Shown: positions 8,429 through 18,149 of the stretch, piece after piece
How the letters are laid out: every line of letters starts with the position of its first letter
How positions within the stretch are numbered: position 1 is the stretch's first letter
NCBI GenBank assembly: GCA_963783305.1
Contig: CAWAMW010000016.1
Span: 1-64,000, forward strand
Origin: an uncultured Gemmatimonadales bacterium
GTDB taxonomy: Bacteria > Gemmatimonadota > Gemmatimonadetes > Longimicrobiales > RSA9
Direction: 5' to 3'
Length of the DNA: 64,000 bases
The notes under the pieces: generated by a model
Told to the model about the DNA's origin: nothing
Seen by the model: the letters and a program-made list of their open reading frames with translations, nothing else
Database searches by the model: none
Made by a program: the position numbers and the translations under genes

Positions 8429-11163
8429 GCGGACCCCGCCCGCCACGTCTGTACCGGCCCGGCCGCTGGGCACTGGTGGGGCTGTCGATCTTCGTGCCCG
8501 GCTCGCGTCGAGAGGCGTGGCTGGAGGAGTGGGCCGGGGAGCTGTGGGTGCTGCTGCGGCGAGCGGAGCGGCGCACGAGCGGGTCCGCCTCGAGCGGGAG
8601 TGGTGTCGTAGCCCTGGTGAGATACCTGGCGGGGGCGCCGTGGTCTGCGGCCCACGCGATCAAGGAGGAGTGGATGAGCGACATCTGGCAGGATGTGCGG
8701 TATGGGGCGCGGTCGCTGCTGCGGTCGCCGGCGTACCTGGTAGTGGCGGTGGTCACGCTGGCGTTGGGGATCGGCGCGAACACGACGGTGTTCTCGCTGG
8801 TGAACGGGCTCCTCCTCCGGGAGCCGGCGGGCATCGCGTCGCCGGACCAGCTGGTCCGGCTCGGCCGGGGGCAGCTCCGGGCGGGTGCGACGACGCAACA
8901 GGACGGCCGCTTCGACAACTGGTCGTACCCGGTGTACCTGGACTTCAGGGAGCGCGCGGACTGGTTCAGCGGTGTGGCCGGCTTTGCGAATGCTGGGTCG
9001 TTGATCGTCGGGACGGGTGTGGACGCGCGGGCTGTTCCCGGACAGCTCGTGTCTCACAACTACTTCGACGTCCTGGGCGTCGACCTGGCCCTGGGCCGCG
9101 ACTTCGTCCCGGAGGAGACCGCCTCTGCGGGAGCGGGGCCGGTCGTGGTGATTTCCCACGCCCTGTGGCGTGAGCGGTTCTCCGGCCGGCGCGACGCCAT
9201 CGGGGAGGCGCTGGTCATCAACGGTCGGAGCTTCGAGGTGGTGGGCGTGGCGCCGCGCGAGTTCCGGGGCTCAAACATCCTCGCCGCCCCCACCGACGTC
9301 TGGATCCCGGCGAGCATGATCGCCACCGCGTATGGGCCCGGCACCGAGTCCATGCTGGGCCGCCGGGGCTCCAGCTGGTTCTGGATCTTCGCGCGGCTCG
9401 CGCCCGGGACCGGGTTCGAGCAGGTGGAGGTGGCCACCCAGACGCTGTACGCCCGCTTCGACGAGGAGCACCCGGACGTCGCCGGGCAGGGCGTCTCTGT
9501 CGCCCGCGGGATCGGGATGACGCCGTCCGACCGGACCGAGGCCGTGCGACTCACGCGCATCCTCCTCGCCATCGTGGGGGTGCTCCTCCTCATCGCCTGC
9601 GCCAACCTGGCCGGGCTCGCCCTCGCCCGGGGGGCCGGCCGGACAGCGGAGCTCGGCGTCCGCACCGCCCTCGGCGCCAGCCGGCCCCGGCTGGTCCGGC
9701 AGCTCCTGACCGAGTCGCTCCTGGTCGCGCTCCTCGGCGGGGCCGCGGCCCTCGGGATCACCTGGCTGGCCGCGGGCGAGCTGCACCGCCTCGTTCCGTA
9801 CAGCCTGTCGGTGGCGTTCGAGGTGGACCGGGCGGTGCTCGTGTTCGCCCTCGTGGCGGCGCTTTCCGCCGCGGTCCTGTTCGGTCTGCTCCCGGCGCTG
9901 CGGGCGACCCGGCGGGACGTCCGCGACGTGCTGGCTGGTACGTCGCGGTCCGTGGCCGGTGGCGGCACGAGACTCCGGCGCGGGCTCGTCGCGCTGCAGC
10001 TCGCCCTCTCCTTCGTGCTCCTGGCAGGGACCGGGCTCCTCCTGCGGAGCCTGTACGAAGCGCGGACCCTCGACCCGGGGTTCGCCGCCGACGAGGTCGC
10101 TACGGTCGATCTCGACGTGGGCATGCGCTCCGGTCACGACGAGGAGGCCGGCCGGCTCTTCTATCGCCGACTGCGGGAGGAAACCGGGGCAATCCCGGGC
10201 ATCGAGGCCGTGGGACTGGTAGGCGAGATCCCCATCGCGCACTTCCAGTCCAACCACACGCCGATAGCGCCAGGGGAGGAGCCGGGGCAGCGGCCGAAGG
10301 GGACGCCTCCGCCGCCGCCGGTTCTCTCGAACACCGCCGACGCCGGGTACTTCGACGCCATCGGCCTCCCTCTGCTCGCGGGTCGTACGTTCGAGCCCGG
10401 CGACTACGGCGAGAACGCCCCGCAGGTGGCCGTCATCAGCCGTACGCTGGCCGAGCGGTTCTTCGGCGATGACGACCCCGTCGGCCGAACGCTCCCCTTC
10501 GGCGCAGAGCCGGACTGGAAACAGTCGACCCGGGTCGTGGGCGTGGTGGGCGCGCTGCGGAACCGGTCGCTGGCCGCGGAGCCGTGGGCGCAGTACTGGA
10601 TCCCGTTCGACCGGAACTACCGGGGCGGCATGACGCTGGTGGCCCGGACGCCCGGTGACCCCGAGGCCATGGCGGCCAAGCTCGGGCAGGTGGTGGAGCG
10701 AATCGACCCGGGCATGCCGATCCTTCAGGCCGGCTCGCTGCGCTCGCGCATCGGCGGGACTCTCGGCGAGACGCGCGTGGTGTCGGCGCTGATTGCCGTG
10801 CTCGGCGCGCTGGCGCTGCTGCTCGCCGCCGTCGGGCTGTACGGCGTCATGACCTACACGGTTGCCCGTCGCGGCCGGGAGCTCGGGATCCGCGTGGCTC
10901 TCGGTGCAACCTCGGCCGACGTCCGCCGCATGATCGTGGGCGAGGGGCTCCTGGTCGGCGCCATCGGGCTCGGAGCCGGGATCGCCCTCGCGCTGGCCGG
11001 GCTGCGGCTGCTCCAGGGCATGCTCTTCGACACCCGCCCCGCTGACCCACTGGCGCTCTCCGCCGCCGCCGTCGTGCTCATGGTGGTGACGCTGTTCGCG
11101 TCCATCCTCCCCGCCCGTCGGGCCACGCGGGTCCAGCCGCGGGAGGTGTTGGAGCAGGAGTAG
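8425..11163 (+). CDS. ADOP/MacB-FtsX-like duplicated ABC permease
   Basis: QDVRYGARSL..P, TLALGIGANT, LLIACANLA, ELGIRVALGA, PARRATRV; ATGA-coupled to padR. Confidence 0.92.
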   Translation: MSGPRPPRLYRPGRWALVGLSIFVPGSRREAWLEEWAGELWVLLRRAERRTSGSASSGSGVVALVRYLAGAPWSAAHAIKEEWMSDIWQDVRYGARSLLRSPAYLVVAVVTLALGIGANTTVFSLVNGLLLREPAGIASPDQLVRLGRGQLRAGATTQQDGRFDNWSYPVYLDFRERADWFSGVAGFANAGSLIVGTGVDARAVPGQLVSHNYFDVLGVDLALGRDFVPEETASAGAGPVVVISHALWRERFSGRRDAIGEALVINGRSFEVVGVAPREFRGSNILAAPTDVWIPASMIATAYGPGTESMLGRRGSSWFWIFARLAPGTGFEQVEVATQTLYARFDEEHPDVAGQGVSVARGIGMTPSDRTEAVRLTRILLAIVGVLLLIACANLAGLALARGAGRTAELGVRTALGASRPRLVRQLLTESLLVALLGGAAALGITWLAAGELHRLVPYSLSVAFEVDRAVLVFALVAALSAAVLFGLLPALRATRRDVRDVLAGTSRSVAGGGTRLRRGLVALQLALSFVLLAGTGLLLRSLYEARTLDPGFAADEVATVDLDVGMRSGHDEEAGRLFYRRLREETGAIPGIEAVGLVGEIPIAHFQSNHTPIAPGEEPGQRPKGTPPPPPVLSNTADAGYFDAIGLPLLAGRTFEPGDYGENAPQVAVISRTLAERFFGDDDPVGRTLPFGAEPDWKQSTRVVGVVGALRNRSLAAEPWAQYWIPFDRNYRGGMTLVARTPGDPEAMAAKLGQVVERIDPGMPILQAGSLRSRIGGTLGETRVVSALIAVLGALALLLAAVGLYGVMTYTVARRGRELGIRVALGATSADVRRMIVGEGLLVGAIGLGAGIALALAGLRLLQGMLFDTRPADPLALSAAAVVLMVVTLFASILPARRATRVQPREVLEQE

Positions 11164-11336
11164 CCGGAGCGGGACGGAGCCAGGTACCTCGGCCGCATCG
11201 CGCGCGGCCCGCGCAGGGTTGCCGCCGCTTCCCGCTGAACCGCCGGCTGCACGGGGCGGGCGATGACGTATATTGCCGGATCGCAGTTCGAGGGTTCGAG
11301 ACCAAGGACGTCCACCGCCACCCGGTACCGACCACC

Positions 11337-14300
11337 ATGTCTGAATACCACGCCACCCGCCCGGTCCCTTCCTGCTTCCGGGGGTCGTCCTCCCGGCCGC
11401 GTCCGCCGCGGGGCTCACGGTGGCCGGGCGCGGCGCTCGTCGTCGCGCTCGCGGCCGGTCTGCCGGCCGTCGCGGCGGCCCCGGCCCACGCCCAGGTGGC
11501 CCCTGCGGCGCTCCCTTCCATGGCGCAGCCGACCCTCAGCCCGGACGCCGGGGAGGTGGCCTTCGTCTCGGGGGGCGACATCTGGGCGGTGGCGGGGAAC
11601 GGCGGCACGGCCCGGCTGCTGGTGAGCCACGCGGCCGACGAATCGCGCCCGATGTACTCGCCGGATGGCGCGCGTCTCGCCTTCGTGAGCGACCGGGGTG
11701 GGAGCGATGACCTCTACGTCCTGGACCTCCGGGCGGGCGACCTGACGCGCCTGACGTGGAGCGACGGCTCCGAGCGGCTGGACGCCTGGTCCTGGGACGG
11801 GGAGTGGCTCTACTTCACCGACGCATCGCAGGACGTGGGGGGCATGAGCGACGTCTTCCGGGTCCCGGTCCGCGGCGGCACCCCCATGCCGGTGGCCGCC
11901 GGCCGCTACGCCGCCGAGTACTTCGCGGCGCCCGCACCCGATGGGTCCACGCTGGCGGTGTCCGGGGGCGCCCGCATGGCGGGGCCGCAGTGGTGGCGGA
12001 ACGGGCACAGCCACATCGACGAGGCGGACCTCTGGCTGGTGGACTTCTCCGATCGCAACCGGCCGGCCTATCGCCGGCTGACGCAGCCGGGCGCGAAGAA
12101 CATCTGGGCGAGCTGGACGCCCGACGGTCGCTCCCTCGTGTTCATGAGCGATCGGGACGGCGCGGAGAACCTGTGGCGGGTCGACGCCGCCGCGGCCCGC
12201 CGGATCGAAGAGAACGCCACGGGCGAGGACGGCGCCGAGGCGCTGACCCGGTTCACGGAAGGCCGCGTGCTCTGGCCAGCGCTGGCGGCGGACGGCGGCG
12301 CGGTCGTGTTCGAGCGGGATTTCGGCATCTGGCGCATGGACCTGCCGGACGGGGAGCCCCGGCGGCTGGATATCCGGCTGCGTGGCGCGGCGCAGGGCCC
12401 CGGTGTGGAGCACGTGCGGCTCACGTCCGATTTCGGCGACCTGGCGCTCTCGCCCGACGGCCGGAAGGTGGCGTTCACCGCGCGCGGTGAGGTGTTCGCG
12501 ACCGCCGCTGACAGTGGCGGTCCCGCGGCCCGGGCGACGCGCACGGTGTCGCAGGAGAGCGAGCCGTCGTGGGGCCCCGACTCACGCCGGATCACCTACG
12601 CCTCCCGCCGCACCGGCGGCTCCAGCATCTACGTGTACGATTTCGCCTCGGAGGCGGAGACGCAGGTGACGTCCGGCCCGGGCGATGTCACGCCCGTGTT
12701 CTCCCCGGATGGCGAGCGGATCGCCTACGTGCGGGAGGGTCGCGAGCTGCGGGTTCGGGACGTCGACGGGGGGCGGGACCGGCTGGTGGCCACCGGGCAG
12801 CTCTGGCGCGACCCGTTCACCATGGCGCGACCGCTTGCGTGGAGCCCCGACAACCGGTGGCTCGCCTTCTTCGGCACCGGCGGCCGCATGTTCACGCACG
12901 TGTACGTGGTGCCCGCCGATGGCTCGGCGCCGCCCCGGGCGGTGAGTCGGCTGGCCAACGCGAACGCCAACAGCCTGGCGTGGAGCCCGGACGGGAAGTC
13001 GATCTTCTTCGATACGCAGCACCGTACGGAAGACGGCCAGATCGCCCGCATCGACCTGGTGCCGCAGACGCCCGTCTTCGCGGAGACCCGGTTCCGGGAG
13101 ATGTTCGAGACGACGCCCGAGCCCGCCGGCGATCCGGCCGAGGCCAGCGGGCGCGGTGGGAGCCCATCGTCGGAGCCCGAAGACGTGCGTGTGGAGATCG
13201 ACTGGGACGGGATCTTCGAGCGGCTGACGCTGCTGCCGCTGGGCGTGGACGCGGGCCCGCTGACCCTCTCTCCCGATGGCAAGACGGTGGTGTTCGTGGC
13301 CAGCGCGGAGGGGCAGCAGAACCTGTACAGCTTCTCCCTGGACCCCCTGGACGACGGGCCCGGCGTGGCCCGGCAGCTCACCTCCACGCCGGGCGGGAAG
13401 GGTACGCCGGTGTTCGGCCCCGACGGCAAGGAGGTCTTCTACCTGGACCGGGGTCGGCTGTCCGCGGTGGCGCTGGCGGCCGGGGGGAAGACGCGCACGA
13501 TCGACACGACGGCCGAGCTGGACGTGGACTTCGACCGGGAGAAGCTCGAGGTGTTCCAGGAGGGGTGGAGCATGCTGGACCGCCACTTTTACGACCCGGG
13601 GATGCACGGGGCCGACTGGGCCGCCGTGCACGAGTCGTTCGCCCCGCGGGTTGCCGGCGCCCGCACCCGTGGCGAGCTCGGCCGGCTCATGAACCTGATG
13701 GTGGGGGAGCTGAACGCCAGCCACCTCGGCTACAACCCGCCGTCTGAGGGCCGGAGCGCCGCTGTGGGCCGCCTGGGGCTGCGGTTCGACGCCCGGGAGT
13801 ACGAGGCCTCCGGTCGGCTCCGCGTCGACGAGGTCATCCCGCTGTCTCCCGCCCACGTGGCGGGTATCCGGGTGGGCGAGACGATCCTGGCGGTGGACGG
13901 GCGGGAGGTAGGCCGCGGTGTGAGCCTCGACCGGCTGCTGGAGAACCTGCAGGACCGGCGGGTGGAGCTGCGGGTGGGGCGGAGCGGTGATCCGGAGGAC
14001 GCCCGCGGCGTTGCCGTGCGGCCGATCTCCACGCGTGCGGAAGGGCAGCTGCTCTACCGCGCGTGGGTGGCGTCCCGGCGGGCGTACGCCGACAGCATCA
14101 GCGACGGCCGCATCGGCTACGTCCACATGCCGGACATGGGCTGGCAGTCGCTCCAGCGGCTCATGGTGGACCTGGACGCCGAGAACTTCGGCCGCGATGG
14201 CGTGGTGGTGGACATCCGCAACAACAACGGCGGCTTCGTGAACGCCTACGCGCTGGACGTCTTCGCGCGGAGAGGGTACCTGAGCATGGAGGTGCGCGGC

Positions 14301-14666
14301 TACCCTGCGGTGCCCGCCCGCTCGATGCTGGGGCAGAGGGCGCTGGAGGCGCCCACGGTGCTGCTCATCAACCAGAACTCGCTGTCGGACGCCGAGGACT
14401 TCGCGGAGGGATACCGCGCCCTCGAGCTCGGGCCCATCGTGGGTGAGCCCACGGCCGGCTGGATCATCTACACGTGGGGGTCGCGGCTCGTGGACGGCGG
14501 CAGCTTCCGGATGCCGCGGTCGCTCATCCGCGGCGCGAACGGCGATGTGATGGAGCTGAACCCCCGGCCGGTGGACATCCGCGTCGATGCGCCGCTCGGC
14601 GAGTGGTACGAGGGACGGGACCGGCAGCTCGAAGCGGCGGTGGAGGCCGTGCCCCGCCGTCCCTGA
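11337..14666 (+). CDS. Secreted tricorn-like S41 peptidase (PD40 propellers + PDZ)
   Basis: Many (W/F)SPDG repeats, ELNASH, IGYVHMPDM, DIRNNNGG, catalytic SDAE. The exact start is uncertain. Confidence 0.9.
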   Translation: MSEYHATRPVPSCFRGSSSRPRPPRGSRWPGAALVVALAAGLPAVAAAPAHAQVAPAALPSMAQPTLSPDAGEVAFVSGGDIWAVAGNGGTARLLVSHAADESRPMYSPDGARLAFVSDRGGSDDLYVLDLRAGDLTRLTWSDGSERLDAWSWDGEWLYFTDASQDVGGMSDVFRVPVRGGTPMPVAAGRYAAEYFAAPAPDGSTLAVSGGARMAGPQWWRNGHSHIDEADLWLVDFSDRNRPAYRRLTQPGAKNIWASWTPDGRSLVFMSDRDGAENLWRVDAAAARRIEENATGEDGAEALTRFTEGRVLWPALAADGGAVVFERDFGIWRMDLPDGEPRRLDIRLRGAAQGPGVEHVRLTSDFGDLALSPDGRKVAFTARGEVFATAADSGGPAARATRTVSQESEPSWGPDSRRITYASRRTGGSSIYVYDFASEAETQVTSGPGDVTPVFSPDGERIAYVREGRELRVRDVDGGRDRLVATGQLWRDPFTMARPLAWSPDNRWLAFFGTGGRMFTHVYVVPADGSAPPRAVSRLANANANSLAWSPDGKSIFFDTQHRTEDGQIARIDLVPQTPVFAETRFREMFETTPEPAGDPAEASGRGGSPSSEPEDVRVEIDWDGIFERLTLLPLGVDAGPLTLSPDGKTVVFVASAEGQQNLYSFSLDPLDDGPGVARQLTSTPGGKGTPVFGPDGKEVFYLDRGRLSAVALAAGGKTRTIDTTAELDVDFDREKLEVFQEGWSMLDRHFYDPGMHGADWAAVHESFAPRVAGARTRGELGRLMNLMVGELNASHLGYNPPSEGRSAAVGRLGLRFDAREYEASGRLRVDEVIPLSPAHVAGIRVGETILAVDGREVGRGVSLDRLLENLQDRRVELRVGRSGDPEDARGVAVRPISTRAEGQLLYRAWVASRRAYADSISDGRIGYVHMPDMGWQSLQRLMVDLDAENFGRDGVVVDIRNNNGGFVNAYALDVFARRGYLSMEVRGYPAVPARSMLGQRALEAPTVLLINQNSLSDAEDFAEGYRALELGPIVGEPTAGWIIYTWGSRLVDGGSFRMPRSLIRGANGDVMELNPRPVDIRVDAPLGEWYEGRDRQLEAAVEAVPRRP

Positions 14667-14866
14667 GAACCGTCGCGCTCTGGCCCAGCCGGAGCTGCCA
14701 CCCGAAGAGGCCCCCGGGGCGTTGACAGCAGACAGTCGAAACATTAGTTGAGTACTATGAAGACGGCGCCATCCTCGAAGATTGGCGCCCCTTTCCGTTC
14801 CCTTCCGTGCGACCCACGCGCCGGACCCCCCGTGTTTCGTGGGCCGCCCCTCCTCCTGAGGTGACT

Positions 14867-16003
14867 ATGTCGGCTCGCGGCAGAAGGATCCCCCTCGCTC
14901 TACTTTTCGGCGCACTGGCGCTCAGCGCCTGTGCGGATGACCCCTCGGGTGCCGTCCTGGCGCCCGATGAAGCGGCGACGACGCGAGCGGGGGCCGGTGC
15001 GCCCGCGCCCGTGACGGTGATGACCCGCAACCTCTACCTGGGGGCGGACTTCGCGCTCGTGCTGGAGGGGAATGTGGCCGAGGCCCTCCAGCAGGTCAGC
15101 ACCACGCTGTTCCCGCTGCGGGTGCCCGCGCTGGTCCAGGAGATCATGGCCGTCCAGCCACATCTCATCGGACTCCAGGAGGTGACCACGTACGAATTCA
15201 CCCCGGAATGTGGGTTCCCGCTCCCGTCGATCGACTTCATCGACATGCTGACCGGGGCGCTGGGAGGGACCTATACGGCGTATTACTCGGAGAACGTCAG
15301 CGTTCCGGTTCCCGCCGGCGGTGGCTGCGTGATCACCTATACGGACGCCGACGCGATTCTGGTCCGGGCGGGTACCGAGGTCGAGGTGCACGACTCCTGG
15401 GCCGGCCCCTATGAGGCGCAGGTGGTTCTGCCGCAACTGGGCAATCTCGAGAACAAGCGCGGCTACCAGTGGGTGGACGTATCCGTGGAAGGCCAGCGGT
15501 TCTTCTTCGTCAACACGCACCTGGAGGTCCAGGGGTGGGCGGAGATTCAGGAGGCGCAGGCGATGGAGCTGCTCGAGGTGGTGGGTGAGCTCGGCGGTCC
15601 GGTGATCATGGTCGGCGACTACAACTCGGCCGCCAATCCCGGCGCGCCCGCCGCGAGCAGGACGGCGACGTACGGAATGGTCCTGGACGCGGGCTTCGAC
15701 GACCTGTGGCTGCGTCACCACGGAAAGTTCACCGGGACCGGCCTCACCTTCGGGCACGCGGCCGACCTGTCCAACGAGGAGCCGTTCTTCGATCAGCGGC
15801 TCGACTTGGTTTTCGCCCGCAACGTGCCTTCGGGCGCGGGGTATGCAGGCGGCGTCGAAATGGACGTGGTCGGAGAGGAGGACGGGGACGACTTCATCGC
15901 CTACAACCCGGTTCTGGGCGAGGAAGTGCACCTTTGGCCATCGGATCACGCCGGCGTCCATGCCACGCTGTGGATGCCGCGCGGCCTGATGACTCGGCGG
16001 TAG
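14867..16003 (+). CDS. Endonuclease/exonuclease/phosphatase (EEP) family lipoprotein
   Basis: Lipobox LSAC; MTRNL, GLQE, NTHL, GDYN, DLVF and SDH motifs; GAGGTG RBS. Confidence 0.85.
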   Translation: MSARGRRIPLALLFGALALSACADDPSGAVLAPDEAATTRAGAGAPAPVTVMTRNLYLGADFALVLEGNVAEALQQVSTTLFPLRVPALVQEIMAVQPHLIGLQEVTTYEFTPECGFPLPSIDFIDMLTGALGGTYTAYYSENVSVPVPAGGGCVITYTDADAILVRAGTEVEVHDSWAGPYEAQVVLPQLGNLENKRGYQWVDVSVEGQRFFFVNTHLEVQGWAEIQEAQAMELLEVVGELGGPVIMVGDYNSAANPGAPAASRTATYGMVLDAGFDDLWLRHHGKFTGTGLTFGHAADLSNEEPFFDQRLDLVFARNVPSGAGYAGGVEMDVVGEEDGDDFIAYNPVLGEEVHLWPSDHAGVHATLWMPRGLMTRR

Positions 16004-16216
16004 CGTCCGGTGCGTGCGAAATACGGCTGCAGTCCCATGCGCGGGGCTGCAGTCGCACGGCCGCTAGAGTCACTCAAGGGCCAGCCTCGGGGGCCCGCCG
16101 CTTGCACCCAGCGGGGCCATTCCTCAGTCTTGTTCTTGTTCGGACGGGTTGCCCCGTCCGCGTGGCCGACACGGGTGTTGGCCCTTTTTCGTTCGATTCC
16201 CTTCCCCAGGAGCAGT

Positions 16217-16774
16217 ATGAGCAGACTACTTGCACTCAGCATGGCCCTTGTCCTTCCTTTCGCGGTGACGGCATGTGGCGACGATTCCACCGGCCCTGAT
16301 GACCAGGGCACGGGCACGTTCAGCGCGACCGTCTCCGGCGACGTCAGCGACAACTTCAGTGGCGAGGCGTTCTTCGGGGAGGGCACCGACCCGGACACCG
16401 GCGAGACGGGTTGGATCCTGTGGCTCACGACGTCGGAATCCGAGACCACCGGAAAGGCCGTCTACTTCGTTCGCGAGGGCAGCCGCCCCGGAACAGGGAC
16501 CCACTCGCTGGCCAACATGGAGAACGACGAATTGCAGCCGGGCGTCATCGGAGCGATGATGATCGATTACGAGTCGGAGTCCTTCAGCGGTGTCTTCGTC
16601 TCGACGGGCGGGTCGCTCGTGCTCAACGAGTCGGGCAATGATCGGATGAAGGGCTCGTTTACGATCCAGGCTACCGGGTTCACCGTGGAGGCTGGTGCGC
16701 CTGTTGAGGCCAGCGTCACGATCACGGGCCAGTTCGACGGGATCGGCGGGGACGTCGCCTACCCGGGGATCTAG
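16217..16774 (+). CDS. Hypothetical beta-rich lipoprotein
   Basis: AGGAG RBS; signal peptide with VTAC-GDDSTGP lipobox. Confidence 0.8.
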   Translation: MSRLLALSMALVLPFAVTACGDDSTGPDDQGTGTFSATVSGDVSDNFSGEAFFGEGTDPDTGETGWILWLTTSESETTGKAVYFVREGSRPGTGTHSLANMENDELQPGVIGAMMIDYESESFSGVFVSTGGSLVLNESGNDRMKGSFTIQATGFTVEAGAPVEASVTITGQFDGIGGDVAYPGI

Positions 16775-16791
16775 GTCGAAGCCCAGAAGTT

Positions 16792-16831
16792 GAGCGCCCC
16801 GGGGTCGGACTGACTACGGGGCGCTCTTTTT
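16792..16831 (+). terminator. Intrinsic terminator
   Basis: GAGCGCCCCG (16792-16801) / CGGGGCGCTC (16817-16826) stem followed by T5. Confidence 0.8.
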
Positions 16832-16914
16832 CCACAGAAGAGCGTGGAGAACCGTGGATACGCGTGGAAAACCGGGAGTGAACGTGTGGGTAACCGCGGG
16901 TTTGGTGTGGATTG
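16828..16914. promoter_or_regulatory. Cluster of DnaA-box-like 9-mers
   Basis: TTTTCCACA 16828 (fits TTWTNCACA exactly); opposite orientation CGTGGAGAA 16843, CGTGGATAC 16853, CGTGGAAAA 16863, TGTGGGTAA 16885, TGTGGATTG 16906. Confidence 0.6.
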
Positions 16915-17047
16915 AAGGTGTTACAACCGTCCATGTTGCTGGTACGTGGGAAGATGCGGAGTCGGGAGGATGAGAGGTTTGGTGATCGTGGCCACAAATG
17001 GTCATAACCGTTTACGCCCAAACGACTTACGCCGATAGTCAAAACTC

Positions 17048-17077
17048 TTGACCCGCACCCCCCGAAACCGGTATCAT
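17048..17077 (+). promoter_or_regulatory. Sigma70-type promoter
   Basis: TTGACC (17048-17053), 18 bp, TATCAT (17072-17077), with an A-rich stretch upstream. Confidence 0.65.
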
Positions 17078-17083
17078 TGGGTC

Positions 17084-17372
17084 AGACGTCAACGGGACCG
17101 CGACAGCAAGCCCGCGGACGTCGCCTCCGGAAACGACGGTTTTCGCGAGGCTGCTCACCCGGGGTTCGGACTTGGAGTGAGCCGGCTGCGAGGTCACTGG
17201 CCGCAGTCGATGCCCCTGGCCGGGGGCGCCCCGAGCCGCAGGTCGCGCGGCGGAGGGAGAAGAGAAATCGATCCAGGCGAAGCCCGCAGGGGTGAGCCAC
17301 CGAACACGACGGATCGCGTCTCGCCAGTAGCCAGGGCCCCCGTTTCCGGTTCGCCGGAGACGGGGGTTCTTG
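17084..17372 (+). ncRNA. Candidate structured ncRNA (~290 nt), family not recognised
   Basis: Bounded by a promoter and a terminator; back-to-back hairpins; no credible ORF. Confidence 0.55.
17333..17372 (+). terminator. Terminator hairpin with TTCG tetraloop
   Basis: 17-bp stem, 17333-17349 with 17354-17370 (3 G-U pairs), loop TTCG, ending in TTCTT. Confidence 0.7.
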
Positions 17373-17714
17373 CGTTCACTGCAGATGATCTCACGCCGGA
17401 GATGAACGCGCCCGTGTATGTCGTCCTCGGCGCGGTCCGCTGCCGAGGGAGCCGCTCGGCGCGTTCGGCCGGCTGCCTGCCACGGGGAGGAGCGGGATCG
17501 GCTGGGTACTATAGACACCCTTCGGAGCAGGATCATCGTTCCAGCCTTGGAGAGAAGCAGCGAAGCAGGTTGCGAAACAGCGAAGGGGGCCTGGGCGACG
17601 CTCGGAAGGGGGTTGAGCTGCAGCGCGCCGCGGGTGCATTCGCAGTATGAGTCGATCCTCCGGATCGAGAAAGACGAAGGTACCTCGGCGAGATCCAGCC
17701 GTCATCGCCGGCGG

Positions 17715-17743
17715 TTGACAGGGCGGGTCCATCCGGCCACGCT
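17715..17743 (+). promoter_or_regulatory. Sigma70-type promoter placing +1 on ATG 17750 (leaderless)
   Basis: TTGACA 17715-17720, 17 bp, CACGCT 17738-17743; the ATG begins 7 nt after the -10 and has no SD. Confidence 0.5.
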
Positions 17744-17749
17744 TCTTCC

Positions 17750-18082
17750 ATGATCCCCCGACACCGCCTGCTCAACGCCGCCGTCGCCCTGGCCCTGGGT
17801 GTGGTGCTGAGCGTCCTGACGATGGTCGTGCCCCTGCTGGACATGGGCGCGGCCGGGCCGGGCGTGCGCATCGCCGCGGAGCACGACGGCTCCACGGGCG
17901 CGGTGGATCACGATCACCTGACGTGCATCCAGCACAGCGCCTCCGGCTGGGCCGCGGCGGTGGCGATCGAGCCGCCCGCGGACTTCACGAGGTCCGCGGT
18001 GGCGCCCGCTCCGAGCCACGCCCGGGTCGTCTACCGGCTGCCGGTCCATCTCCCCCGATCCCGGGGCCCACCCTCCGCCTGA
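17750..18082 (+). CDS. DUF2946-like leader protein with C-terminal RGPP arrest-like motif
   Basis: N-terminal hydrophobic helix, HDHLTCIQH metal-ligand cluster, Pro/Ala linker, C-terminus PRSRGPPSA. Confidence 0.75.
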   Translation: MIPRHRLLNAAVALALGVVLSVLTMVVPLLDMGAAGPGVRIAAEHDGSTGAVDHDHLTCIQHSASGWAAAVAIEPPADFTRSAVAPAPSHARVVYRLPVHLPRSRGPPSA

Positions 18083-18149
18083 TCCTTTTCGTGCCACGCC
18101 GGCCCCCAGCGGGACCCGGCGACAGGATCAATCAACAGCGGAGGGACCC

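Noticed and set aside
11275..11320. tRNA-like GGGTTCGAGACC
   Set aside because: No cloverleaf, D-arm or acceptor stem can be built around it.
9271..14744. Very long antisense ORFs (715 aa, 720 aa and similar throughout the window)
   Set aside because: Expected stop-poor shadow frames of GC-rich genes; no motifs.
14750..14815. c-di-GMP-II riboswitch-like words (CTATGAAG...GTGCGACC)
   Set aside because: The GGGCAC pseudoknot partner and the GGAG kink-turn strand are missing.
17048..17650. 200-aa + strand ORF and other overlapping ORFs across the intergenic region
   Set aside because: It starts inside the -35 box, has no RBS, has Arg/Gly/Ser/Pro-rich shadow composition and crosses a terminator.
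17373..17714. Possible second RNA or gene remnant (TACTAT at 17507, purine-rich tract with GAAGCAGC)
   Set aside because: No matching -35, no complete SRP helix-8 motif and no convincing frame. Left unexplained.
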